Counted from the stretch's first letter, positions 18,162 to 26,944 are shown. The stretch: 50,727 nucleotides of DNA from Desulfobacteraceae bacterium (GCA_029287875.1 JARFQH010000280.1:1-50727), one strand, 5' to 3'. The notes: generated from the letters alone by a model not told the origin. A program made the numbers and translations.

Positions 18162-20384
18162 ATGACGGTCAAGTCCATCGTATCTGCGTTTATACATAAA
18201 CTTTATCCACTTAATTCTTCCCGTGAAGACGGCCTGGTTTACTGGCGCGAATGTATTCTGCACGCGCTCCTCGGCGTCGCCCTGGTGCTGGGATTGGTCG
18301 CGTTGGTGCCGGCGCTCGCCCTGGCCATCAAAGAAGAGCTCTGGGGCCTGCTTGTTTTCGACATTTGCATGTATCTGAGCATCGTCGTTCTGGTGCTCTT
18401 CAGGAACTGGTCCTATGAACTGCGGGCAGCGGGCATATTGATTGTGGCCCTTGCGATCGGAATCTGGGTGACGGTCAGCGTCGGGCCGCTGAGCGGCGGG
18501 CCGGCATGGCTGTTCACGGTTGCCGTATTCAGCGGTTTGCTGCTGGGCCTGAAGGCCGCCCTGATTACCGTCGTTTTGAACGGCTTTTCACTCGCCGCGA
18601 TTGGATGGTTGGCGTTTAACGGCCATCTGGCTGACGGACAGCCGTTTTTCAGCTCTGTAGAGCGTGCGGTCGCAGCGGGGGCAAACTTTCTGGCCTTGAA
18701 TGCCGGCGCGGCGATAACGGTATCGGTACTGGTTCACGGTCTTCAGGCGACGGCCGAGAAAGAAAAGGCCTCCAAAGAGATCATCAGAAAGGAGCAGGCC
18801 CGGCTGATCCAAGCCAGAGAGGATCTCAAGAATGAAGTCGATGTGCGCAAACAGGCGGAGGAGGCCCTGCGGGTCGAGCGGGATACGCTGGGCAGAATTA
18901 CCCGCAGCGTCGGTGCCGGCCTTGCAGTCATATCGCGGGATTACCGCGTTGTGTGGGCCAATGAAATTTTGAAAAAAATGTTCGGTGCCATCGAAGGTCA
19001 GCCCTGCCAGAAAGCTTTCAATAAAACCGACGAGGACTGCCCCGGGTGCGGCGCGCGCGAGGTTTTTGACAACAGAAAAGAAGAATCGCTTCATGAACAG
19101 ACCGGTCGGGACCTTCAAGGCAATGTCGTTTATTCCCAGATTATCGCCACACCCATCCGGGATGCGAAGGGAAACGTCACCGCAGCCCTGGAGCTGGTTA
19201 TCCCGATTACCGAGCGCAAGCGCGCCGAAGAAGAACGGCGCAGGCTCGAAGGACAATTGGAACAGGCCCGTAAAATGGAAGCAATCGCGACGCTAGCCGG
19301 CGGTATCGCTCATCAATTCAACAACCTTTTGTCGGCCGTGTCGGGCAATATCGAGCTGATGAAACTGGATGACCGTGACCGGCAAAAGTACGACAGATAT
19401 TTTACGCCAATTGAAAATTCGATCCAGCGAATGGCGAAGTTGACGGGGCAACTGCTGGCATACGCGAGAGGCGGTAAATACCGCGTCAGCCATATGTCGA
19501 TGATCGAATTCGTGCGGGAAACCCTGCCTCTGGTCGAGCATACCCTTAAACCTACCATAACGGTCGAAACCGATCTGCCCGAAAAAGTGTCCCTCGTGAC
19601 CATAGACGTCACACAGATGCAGACGGTCCTGTCCGGGATCCTGTCGAATGCTTCGGAGGCGATAGAAAAGGCCGGGCACGTGTTAATTTCAATCCGGGAC
19701 GAACACATCACGGCTAAACAATCCAAAGAGACACCGGGCCTGGTCCCCGGCGATTATGTTGTATTATCGGTCACGGATGACGGAAAGGGGATGGATGAAA
19801 ATACACGCCAACGGATATTCGAGCCGTTTTTCAGCACCAAGTTCCAGGGGCGGGGGCTCGAAATGGCTTCGGTGTACGGCATCATAAAAAATCATGATGG
19901 TTGGATTTCCGTAGACTCGAAACCGCTCCGGGGGACGACGGTAAAGATTTTCCTTCCAGCTATCAAAGGCGAGGCACCCGCGATAAAACCGGTGAGGGCA
20001 CTGAATATGGAGAATTCTGGTACGATTCTGGTTATCGAAGATGAAGAAATGGTCCTGGATGTGACCAGCTCGATGCTGAAAAATCTCGGCTATCGTGTCC
20101 TGGCGGCACGCAGCGGAGAAGAAGCCCTGCGCATCGCCGACAGCCATGATGGTCGGATCGACCTGGCGCTGCTCGACATCATTCTGCCTGACATGGGGGG
20201 CAAAGATATTTACCCGCGCTTGTTGGCTTCACGACCGAATCTGAGGGTTATCGTTTGCAGTGGTTACACCCTCAACGGACCGGCCCAGGAAATACTCAAG
20301 CAGGGCGCACAAGGCTTTATTCAAAAACCATATACGATGGCGGCGCTCTCTGAAAAACTGTCGGCGACAATCAATTTGAAGTAA
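18162..20384 (+). CDS. Membrane-bound hybrid sensor histidine kinase (PAS, HisKA, HATPase, receiver)
   Basis: About 6 TM helices, PAS with CPGC, H-box TLAGGIAHQFNNLL, N-box NASEA, DDGKGM, FEPFFSTK, receiver IEDE...LLDIILP...QKPY. Start 18162 (or 18138). Confidence 0.92.
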   Translation: MTVKSIVSAFIHKLYPLNSSREDGLVYWRECILHALLGVALVLGLVALVPALALAIKEELWGLLVFDICMYLSIVVLVLFRNWSYELRAAGILIVALAIGIWVTVSVGPLSGGPAWLFTVAVFSGLLLGLKAALITVVLNGFSLAAIGWLAFNGHLADGQPFFSSVERAVAAGANFLALNAGAAITVSVLVHGLQATAEKEKASKEIIRKEQARLIQAREDLKNEVDVRKQAEEALRVERDTLGRITRSVGAGLAVISRDYRVVWANEILKKMFGAIEGQPCQKAFNKTDEDCPGCGAREVFDNRKEESLHEQTGRDLQGNVVYSQIIATPIRDAKGNVTAALELVIPITERKRAEEERRRLEGQLEQARKMEAIATLAGGIAHQFNNLLSAVSGNIELMKLDDRDRQKYDRYFTPIENSIQRMAKLTGQLLAYARGGKYRVSHMSMIEFVRETLPLVEHTLKPTITVETDLPEKVSLVTIDVTQMQTVLSGILSNASEAIEKAGHVLISIRDEHITAKQSKETPGLVPGDYVVLSVTDDGKGMDENTRQRIFEPFFSTKFQGRGLEMASVYGIIKNHDGWISVDSKPLRGTTVKIFLPAIKGEAPAIKPVRALNMENSGTILVIEDEEMVLDVTSSMLKNLGYRVLAARSGEEALRIADSHDGRIDLALLDIILPDMGGKDIYPRLLASRPNLRVIVCSGYTLNGPAQEILKQGAQGFIQKPYTMAALSEKLSATINLK

Positions 20385-20388
20385 CCAG

Positions 20389-21549
20389 TCACGCTGCTTC
20401 GTTCAACCCCCTGAGAACTTTCAGATAATCACCTCTTTCCATGGGTCTCGGGTTGCCTCGATTGCTGCCGTTGGCGGCACTGTCGCTGGCCAGTTTTTCG
20501 AAATCACCTTCCTTGACGCCCAGTTGTCTGAACTCGGGCAGGTGGATGTCAGCGGCCAATTTTTTTACTTCGGCCACCGCTTGCCGGGCCCGGCTCTCGA
20601 CGCTGCCATCACCCAAACCCATTGCCAGGGCAATGCGGGCGTATCGATCGACACAGTAGTCCAGATTGTATTCCATTACTGCCGGAAGCGTCACCGCGTT
20701 GCATACGCCGTGCGGCAAATCGTATTGACCGCCGAGAGCCTCGGCGATACAATGAACCGCTGCCACGTCTGAATGGCTGAAGGCTATGGCGGCTAACAGA
20801 CTTCCCAACAACATGCCCGAACGGGCTTCGATGTTTTGGCCGTCGGAAACTGCCGCTCGCAGATGCGTGGAGATGAGTTCGACGGCATATAGGGCGACGG
20901 CATCCGATAGAGGTTCCGCTGCTTTGGCACTAAAGGCTTCGATGGCATGGGTCAATGCATCCATCCCCGTTGCGGCCGTTAATGCCGCCGGCATGGACAG
21001 CGTCATTTCAGGATCCACTAATGCAACCCGGGGGGCGATTTTCGGATCCTTGATGCTGAATTTAAAATGCTCTCTGCTGTCCGTGACAACGGCGCTGAAG
21101 GTTACCTCACTGCCGCTGCCGGCTGTGGTCGGGATCGCTATCAACGGCAGGACCTCGCCCGGAATTTTTCCATATCCTTCGAAGTCTCGCACCTGACCGC
21201 CGTTGGCTGCGACGACATTGATGGCCTTGGCGCAGTCGATAGGGCTGCCGCCACCGATGGCCACCAGGCAGTCCGGCTTATCGAATGCCGCTTTTTTAGC
21301 GCCCTCTTCGACATTGTAATCTTTGGGATTCGCTTCAACACGGGCAAAGATGTCGTAGGCGATGCGTTTTGAGGCCAGATGAGTTGTGAATCGAGACAAA
21401 ACACCCGAAGAGGCGAGCCGGACATCGGTGATCAGCATGACTCGCCGCGCATTGATAAGGGCCAGCTCGTCAGCGAGTTTTTCAACCGCTCCGCTACCGT
21501 ATTCGATCCGGGTGGGCAGGGCGAAACTAAAGGGTGACAACAGGTTCAT
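20389..21549 (-). CDS. Iron-containing alcohol dehydrogenase
   Basis: GGGSPIDCAK, IPTTAGSGSEVT, DALTHAIEA, HCIAEALGG..DLPHG. Confidence 0.93.
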   Translation of the reverse strand: MNLLSPFSFALPTRIEYGSGAVEKLADELALINARRVMLITDVRLASSGVLSRFTTHLASKRIAYDIFARVEANPKDYNVEEGAKKAAFDKPDCLVAIGGGSPIDCAKAINVVAANGGQVRDFEGYGKIPGEVLPLIAIPTTAGSGSEVTFSAVVTDSREHFKFSIKDPKIAPRVALVDPEMTLSMPAALTAATGMDALTHAIEAFSAKAAEPLSDAVALYAVELISTHLRAAVSDGQNIEARSGMLLGSLLAAIAFSHSDVAAVHCIAEALGGQYDLPHGVCNAVTLPAVMEYNLDYCVDRYARIALAMGLGDGSVESRARQAVAEVKKLAADIHLPEFRQLGVKEGDFEKLASDSAANGSNRGNPRPMERGDYLKVLRGLNEAA

Positions 21550-21566
21550 GGGAAAATCCTTTCCAA

Positions 21567-21764
21567 TTATCTGTAACTTTTTGTGGGGCTCTCCTTGCTT
21601 CCGTCCAGAGCCCGCCGGAGACGATCGCGCTCGACTTTGGCCTTGCGAAGCTCATCCGTCAGCGCTTCCTGTCTCTCCAGTAGGGCGTCATCGATCTGTT
21701 TTTCAAGTTCTGAAACTTCCCGGATGAGGCGATAGAGGTCTCTTGCAATCAATCGGATCGACAT
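21567..21764 (-). CDS. Small coiled-coil hypothetical protein
   Basis: MSIRLIARDLYRLIREVSELEKQI...LRKAKVERDRLRRALDGSK; ends 18 bp upstream of the ADH, same strand. Confidence 0.7.
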   Translation of the reverse strand: MSIRLIARDLYRLIREVSELEKQIDDALLERQEALTDELRKAKVERDRLRRALDGSKESPTKSYR

Positions 21765-21885
21765 AAGCTTGACTCTCTATAAAAATGTAAAAACAGACGG
21801 CGGACAAGGCGGGCCAACATAACCGTCACGGACGGTTTCCGTCAATTTTTATTTGACATCCCGGGGGTTCTGTGATTATTTAATG

Positions 21886-21940
21886 CAATGTTCAAGGCAG
21901 CGCCGACAATGTTCAAAGGGTTGGGGCTGCCTTTAAATTT
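21886..21940 (+). ncRNA. Candidate small RNA or terminated leader
   Basis: TTGACA (21853-58) with an AT-rich -10 region near 21876-82. Stem AAGGCAGC (21894-901) / GCTGCCTT (21926-33), inner CCGAC/GTTGG with a G-U pair, and a U-rich tail. CAATGTTCAA occurs twice. Confidence 0.35.
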
Positions 21941-22118
21941 CGTGCAATTGAAAACCAGAGCCACTTTCTTTCCAGGTCTACCCTAAGAATATAGCGGGTC
22001 TGCATTAGCGTCAAAACCATTCGCGAACGCCCCATACCCATTCAAGCGGTACAAAAACAACCTGGCAGTTTTACAGACAGCGGGCCGGAAAAGGTACCGC
22101 TTTTTTTGGAGGTGAACA

Positions 22119-22379
22119 ATGATGTACTTCGAAGCCATTTTCCAACCGAATAACCTGACCCACTACAATTCCGATGATGTTCAGAAAATCGTTGGAAAAA
22201 AGATTGCCGTTCAGGACGGCTGGATTCTCGAAGAAGGCCCGCACAAAGGCCAACAGGGGTACTATCTACCGAACTCAACTGTCGGTCTGATACCAGCCAG
22301 TGACCTCAAAGAGATCCGAGTCATTCCCTACGCTCAGTGGAAAGACATCTTCAACCGAACCAAGCAGGAATCCGTTTAA
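22119..22379 (+). CDS. Hypothetical protein (86 aa)
   Basis: Strong GGAGGTG RBS; protein-like beta-rich sequence. Confidence 0.7.
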   Translation: MMYFEAIFQPNNLTHYNSDDVQKIVGKKIAVQDGWILEEGPHKGQQGYYLPNSTVGLIPASDLKEIRVIPYAQWKDIFNRTKQESV

Positions 22380-22588
22380 CCCCGAATCGGCAAGGCCGCA
22401 GACACCCGTTTACGTGGCCGAATACCAACCGCGGCCGGGTTCATAGGTACCATAAAACGAGCGATGGACCCCCTCGTCCTCACCCAGTGGTGATCCACCC
22501 CACGTCAAAAATGCGCATCCGCTTTCAGCTGTATATCATCTCTATTAAAAAAAAACCGTAAAAACTGTTGCAATTAGTAAAATGATGT

Positions 22589-22604
22589 GTTTATTTATAT
22601 AAAC
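22589..22604. promoter_or_regulatory. Palindromic box GTTTATTTATATAAAC upstream of the CI/LexA-like gene
   Basis: GTTTAT-N4-ATAAAC; a 14/16 copy occurs at 23337-23352. Confidence 0.5.
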
Positions 22605-22665
22605 GATACGGTATGCCGCTTTTGCCGCCTTTTGAATAATCAATCGATTTTTGTGGAGGAAACGG

Positions 22666-23319
22666 GTGACGCTGTCCTACTTCGATTCCTTTTTAAAACG
22701 TGTTTTCGCGACCACCGGGTTGGAAACTCAAACCGAGTTGGCTTCTGTGCTTCGGATCAACCGCTCGGCCATTACCCAGGCGCGCAAGAAAGATTCGATC
22801 CCGGCCAATTGGGTTCTTCAGCTCTATCGTATTTATGGTTTCAATCCGGACTGGCTCGAGAGAGGCACGGGCGAGACCTTCCTTAAAGCAGACCGAGAAA
22901 AGGAAATAAAGTTTAAACACGTCCCCAAGGTCAAAGCGCGTCTTAGCGCGGGTGGCGGTTCTTTCGAGATTGGCGCTGAAATTCAGGGCTATTACGCCTT
23001 TCAAACCGAGTGGTTGCGAACCAAGGGCAACACGGATCGGATGGTTCTTATGGACATCTTCGGCAACAGCATGGAGCCCGAATTGAAGGACGGCGACAGT
23101 GTCCTCATCGACGAATCACAAAAGGATATCCTGTCCGGGGCCGTTTTTGCCGTGGGTGTCGACGACACCATTTTGGTCAAACGCGTCGAAAAACACCCCA
23201 ACACGCTGGTTCTGCTCAGCGACAACAGGGACTATGCGCCGATTTATCTCAAAGGCAGCGAGTGCGAGAGTGTGCGTGTCATCGGCAAGGTGATCTGGGC
23301 GGCGCGGGAGTTTCGATAG
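22666..23319 (+). CDS. CI/LexA-type transcriptional repressor (phage CI-like HTH plus S24 autopeptidase)
   Basis: GTG 22666 after GGAGG. HTH QTELASVLRINRSAITQARKKDSIP, WLERGTG, cleavage site LSAG, catalytic Ser GNSMEP, catalytic Lys VKR, VIGKV. Confidence 0.9.
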   Translation: MTLSYFDSFLKRVFATTGLETQTELASVLRINRSAITQARKKDSIPANWVLQLYRIYGFNPDWLERGTGETFLKADREKEIKFKHVPKVKARLSAGGGSFEIGAEIQGYYAFQTEWLRTKGNTDRMVLMDIFGNSMEPELKDGDSVLIDESQKDILSGAVFAVGVDDTILVKRVEKHPNTLVLLSDNRDYAPIYLKGSECESVRVIGKVIWAAREFR

Positions 23320-23334
23320 CCCATTTTTTTTGAC

Positions 23335-23379
23335 CTGTTTGTTTATATAAATTAACAAATTATAAAGTTAAATAAACAG
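23335..23379. promoter_or_regulatory. Operator-like AT-rich boxes downstream of the repressor gene
   Basis: GTTTGTTTATATAAAT (23337-52), plus the inverted repeat CTGTTTGTTTA (23335-45) / TAAATAAACAG (23369-79). TTGACC lies at 23330-35. Confidence 0.5.
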
Positions 23380-23393
23380 AAGGGGGGATAAAG

Positions 23394-23558
23394 ATGCAAC
23401 AACGGTTTTGTACTTGCGGATTTCCGGTCTGGGTTCAGTATCTGCTGTCCGAAAAAAATTGCGGCACGCTTTTCTGGTCGACCGTCTACCGCACCGGACG
23501 GGTGCTCACGCTTTGTCCGAGCTGCGGACGCGCGCTGCATATCGACGATTTGAGCTGA
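23394..23558 (+). CDS. Small zinc-ribbon protein (54 aa; not in the ORF track)
   Basis: Translated by hand: MQQRFCTCGFPVWVQYLLSEKNCGTLFWSTVYRTGRVLTLCPSCGRALHIDDLS*. CxCG...CxxCG; AGGGGGGA RBS. Confidence 0.75.
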   Translation: MQQRFCTCGFPVWVQYLLSEKNCGTLFWSTVYRTGRVLTLCPSCGRALHIDDLS

Positions 23559-23635
23559 AGTGTATTTTGTCGCCGGTCGGCGCTGCGAACCGCCGCCGGG
23601 ATGAATTTCGGCTTTCTTTCAGCAGGAGGTCCAAC

Positions 23636-23806
23636 ATGGTAAAGCTTTCAATCTACCCGAGTTACGACGATCATTTTGAATATGACGGTGGCACCGCCAT
23701 ACGGCAGACCCGCAAGAAAGCCGATGAAACCGTGTGGCAGAACTGGCTGCTCTTTGATACCATCGAGGCCGCTTTGGAATACTTCAACGACTGTTGTGAT
23801 GCCTGA
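23636..23806 (+). CDS. Small hypothetical protein (56 aa)
   Basis: AGGAGGT RBS then MVKLSIYPSYDDHFEYDGGTAIRQTRKKADETVWQNWLLFDTIEAALEYFNDCCDA. Confidence 0.7.
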   Translation: MVKLSIYPSYDDHFEYDGGTAIRQTRKKADETVWQNWLLFDTIEAALEYFNDCCDA

Positions 23807-23891
23807 TGGTGTAATACAATTCCGAGGGATGTCAATTCAGCCATTGCTCAGTCAGCGGTTTTCGGTTACCCGGCGTACTCATTAGGATTTC

Positions 23892-24001
23892 TGTAAGCGT
23901 TCACAGGGCACCGCATCTGCTTTGATGTCGGGCACTTGAAGTACAAAAGTACGTCTGCGCGCCCGACGCCTTGCATCTGCGGCACCCTGTAAACGCTTAC
24001 A
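23892..24001 (-). repeat. 110-bp imperfect palindrome (REP/MITE-like element, copy 1)
   Basis: Arms TGTAAGCGTT.ACAGGG..CCGCA / TGCGG..CCCTGT.AACGCTTACA, inner GTCGGGC/GCCCGAC, apical GTAC-AAAA-GTAC. Several mismatches become G-U pairs on the minus strand. Confidence 0.75.
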
Positions 24002-24082
24002 ATCAGGTGGTTTGAAGCGCATCGGACTTTGCAACCCTGCGAACGGTTACGGATTTCTATTTTCGGCAAAAATTTCCGTTGC

Positions 24083-24991
24083 TCAGTCCGGCCGGTAGGG
24101 TTGGGCGCCTGCGGTGGTGCGGTGAAATTCCCGTTCGATGCCGCTAACGGCGATCATACGCCCCGAATCGAGATATGTCCTGTAGATGGGATCTTGCAAG
24201 TCGAGGGGCCGGGAGGCCAGGCTCTTTTCGATTTCGGCAAGGGCTTCGACCGATTTGTCGCACACCGGATATCCTTTCTCATCGATATAAATGCGCGATC
24301 CAAAGGAAACCGGCGAAATGTTGTTGATGTCCACAAGCTTTATGTCACCAGCGTCGGTTAGAATCAGGTTGCCGTCACCGGCAAGATCCGGAATATAACC
24401 GGTCTCACGAATCATTCGTTTGATATGGTCGGTAAACGTCTCGGCGCTGCGGCGGATGCGGGCCACCAGTGCATCGCGTTCGAGCGTCGGAGCGGCTTGG
24501 CTGCCAAGGCGCGGCCGTAGGAGGTTGTCTGCCAGTCGGTCGGCGTTGAGGTATCCCCAGGGTTCAATATTCAGCCCTTCGACATATTCCTGCAGTCCGC
24601 AGAGCAGGATGTCGTGGTGGGCCTCCCAGAGATAGCTGACAAGAAATTCATTGGAACGGGCGTAGCCCTCAGGTCCCAAGTAAGTGGCGACGATAATGAC
24701 CCGTTGCAGTTCGGCATGGGCTTCTCGGCGGGACGGGAAGCGGGTCCGGAATATTCTCAGCATTTTCAACGGTTTGGCCCGCGGAAACCACTTGATACCG
24801 TCCGAAACGACACCGCTTTTTTCTCGTGCGACATCCTCCGGATCAAGGACTTCCATGATGTGCGACCGGAGTCCCTGTCGGTAGTGGCGTCTGTAAACAA
24901 AACGGCCCGGATGGCGGATGAAGTTCAAGCGCAGAACATCTTCTGCGCTCAATGATGGCTTTTCTCTGACGTCCTGAGTCATCGGTGCCAT
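24083..24991 (-). CDS. Hypothetical protein with protein-kinase-like motifs
   Basis: LQEYVEG (hinge), YIPDLAGDGNLIL (catalytic-loop DL...N), IKLVDINN (DFG-equivalent). Confidence 0.65.
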   Translation of the reverse strand: MAPMTQDVREKPSLSAEDVLRLNFIRHPGRFVYRRHYRQGLRSHIMEVLDPEDVAREKSGVVSDGIKWFPRAKPLKMLRIFRTRFPSRREAHAELQRVIIVATYLGPEGYARSNEFLVSYLWEAHHDILLCGLQEYVEGLNIEPWGYLNADRLADNLLRPRLGSQAAPTLERDALVARIRRSAETFTDHIKRMIRETGYIPDLAGDGNLILTDAGDIKLVDINNISPVSFGSRIYIDEKGYPVCDKSVEALAEIEKSLASRPLDLQDPIYRTYLDSGRMIAVSGIEREFHRTTAGAQPYRPD

Positions 24992-25254
24992 GGATGGGGA
25001 TTAAACGATTAGGTCATCGTGCAAAATAAAACGGTTGCGGGGATAATAGAACACAGGTGGGCTCTTTGGCAAGCGGAGGTCAACCGAAGCAGCATTTATG
25101 GGTGAAAATAAGAATCCGTGTTAAAGGTTCAGTAGAAACAACACTGCCGGCCTCGTCCGGCCACCGGATGTGACATGGCGGCCGGTGTCAAGCACGGTGG
25201 TCAAGAAAAAATAAAGGGACACGATCATTTCGAAAGGAAGTTCGAATCTCCGTT

Positions 25255-25638
25255 TCAGTCGTTCATCCGCCTGTCCCAATCATATTCCGGTGCGGTGACG
25301 ATATGTTCCATATGCTGGATTCGGCGTTCCAGACGCTCAAAACGATGTTTCAAACGCTTGAGGGCCCGGTGCCGGTTGCCGGTGTAGCTGTCGTAGAACT
25401 CCTGTTCGTCTTCGCTGCGAAGAGGAATGACCGGCTCGGGTTTCATCAGCAGGGCTGCCAGAAGGTAGAGCCCGGTAACCGGCCAGAATCCGGTCAAAAT
25501 AAGTAGTCCCACTGCAATGGCCCGGGTCCAGGCAACAGAGAAATCAAAAAACTCGGCAAGGCCTCGGCAAACCCCCAACAAGACGCCATGGCGCGAACGG
25601 TAAAGTCCGTTTGAAAACAATTTTTCAATCGGTCTCAT
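25255..25638 (-). CDS. pspC: Phage shock protein C
   Basis: LYRSRHGVLLGVCRGLAEFFD...WTR..., TM helix, C-terminal RLERRIQHMEHIVT. ATG 25638 with AAGGGAG. Confidence 0.9.
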   Translation of the reverse strand: MRPIEKLFSNGLYRSRHGVLLGVCRGLAEFFDFSVAWTRAIAVGLLILTGFWPVTGLYLLAALLMKPEPVIPLRSEDEQEFYDSYTGNRHRALKRLKHRFERLERRIQHMEHIVTAPEYDWDRRMND

Positions 25639-25882
25639 GATCGGTTCTCCCTTTTCTCCTATCGAACAGAATGGTCTCCAGCGCATCCACGCGCTCTTCC
25701 ATCCGGGTCAGTTTTTGGTAAATTTCTTGTATCATTCCGGCATCATCGGCTTCGTTTTGGCGGTCTTTACGGGAAACCCCTCCTTTGATGAGCCGTATAC
25801 CCATCAGGATCGTTGCCCCAATTACGGTCAGTGACACGACAATACCGCCGAAAACGATCGCGGTGATGAAAGCACCCTGCAT
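25625..25882 (-). CDS. pspB: Phage shock protein B-like membrane protein
   Basis: N-terminal TM and C-terminal QEIYQKLTRMEERVDALETIL; lies between pspA and pspC. Confidence 0.75.
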   Translation of the reverse strand: MQGAFITAIVFGGIVVSLTVIGATILMGIRLIKGGVSRKDRQNEADDAGMIQEIYQKLTRMEERVDALETILFDRRKGRTDHETD

Positions 25883-25963
25883 GCCTGACGGTCCTCCGAA
25901 AAAATTTATTTGTGCGTTGCCGGTCCGTAGTTATCTGCCGGCGTGAAAATCATTAATATGCGG

Positions 25964-26632
25964 CTACACATTTTGGCTGGCTGTCGGTGTCTTCAGGGCC
26001 TGCAGCTCGGCCTCAATCTCCTCATCCGCACTCAGTTTGTCAAGCTCTTCCTCGAGATCGCCTTTACGACCGATATTCACCAGGTCGGCTTCTGACTCCA
26101 TGCGGTCGATCCGGCTTTCGAGCTCTTCGAATTTGACCATCACCTCAGTGCTGTCCGCTCGTCGGATTTCCTGTTGGGCCCGTATTTTTCGGCGGGCATG
26201 GACGTGACGCTGGATCAATACCCGTTGCTTGTCGCGCGCGGATTTGAGTTTTTCTTCCAACTGGCGAATGTCTTCGTGATACTGAACGACCAAGTGATCG
26301 AGTTCGTCGCGCTCTTGCTGCAGATTCTCTTGCCGCCGGGTATAACGGCGCTTTTCGATGAGGGCTTCGCGGGCAAGATCGTCCCGGCCTTTGCGGACGG
26401 CCAACGTGGCCTTGTCTTCCCAGTGCCCGGCCCGGTCGACAATCTCCTCCAGTTGGCGCTGAACCTTCTTGCTTTCAGCCATGACCCCCGCACAGGCGGC
26501 TTTTAGCTCGACAAGCGTGTCTTCCATTTCCCGTATCATGAGTTTGATCAGTTTTTCCGGATCCTCGGCCCGATCGAGCATGGCGTTGATGTTGGAGCTG
26601 ATGATGTCACGGAAGCGTGTAAAGATGCCCAT
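25964..26632 (-). CDS. pspA: Phage shock protein A
   Basis: MGIFTRFRDIISSNINAMLDRAEDPEKLIKLMIREMEDTLVE..., GRDDLAREAL; long coiled coil. Confidence 0.96.
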   Translation of the reverse strand: MGIFTRFRDIISSNINAMLDRAEDPEKLIKLMIREMEDTLVELKAACAGVMAESKKVQRQLEEIVDRAGHWEDKATLAVRKGRDDLAREALIEKRRYTRRQENLQQERDELDHLVVQYHEDIRQLEEKLKSARDKQRVLIQRHVHARRKIRAQQEIRRADSTEVMVKFEELESRIDRMESEADLVNIGRKGDLEEELDKLSADEEIEAELQALKTPTASQNV

Positions 26633-26666
26633 GGTGTACCTCCTGAATGGTTTTTAAACCATTCTT

Positions 26667-26683
26667 AGCAGATTGCGTGCCAA
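26667..26683 (-). promoter_or_regulatory. Sigma54 (-24/-12) promoter of pspABC
   Basis: Minus strand TTGGCACGCAATCTGCT (GG-N10-GC), about 35 bp upstream of the pspA ATG and divergent from pspF. Confidence 0.85.
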
Positions 26684-26944
26684 AAAAACGATACGGGCGG
26701 CGAGTTGATTTCCCAACCGGGATATCTTTTCTTTCGCTTTTAACGGAAATTGCCTTGTGTTAAATTTAATCATTTATTTCTATTATTTATACTTTATATT
26801 TGCCTTTCAAACCTCTTGTTGAACCGGATTTTCAAGGGGGATATCTTGTCGATTGATTGATATTTTTTTAAATTGACATAATTATTAATTTGCAAATTTA
26901 ACTTAATTATATACATAATTGACCTATATTTAGTTAAATTTACC

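Noticed and set aside
23408-23635. 132-aa ORF 23408-23806 as one protein
   Set aside because: Its 5' part overlaps the better-supported Zn-ribbon ORF in another frame; the real start is 23636 with AGGAGGT.
22666-23806. Prophage call based on the CI-like repressor
   Set aside because: No integrase, structural, lysis or divergent cro gene and no att repeats were seen.
25157-25185. Hairpin CCGGCCACC/GGCGGCCGG after pspC as an intrinsic terminator
   Set aside because: No U-tract follows on the minus strand; it may be a stabilising stem, but a terminator cannot be supported.
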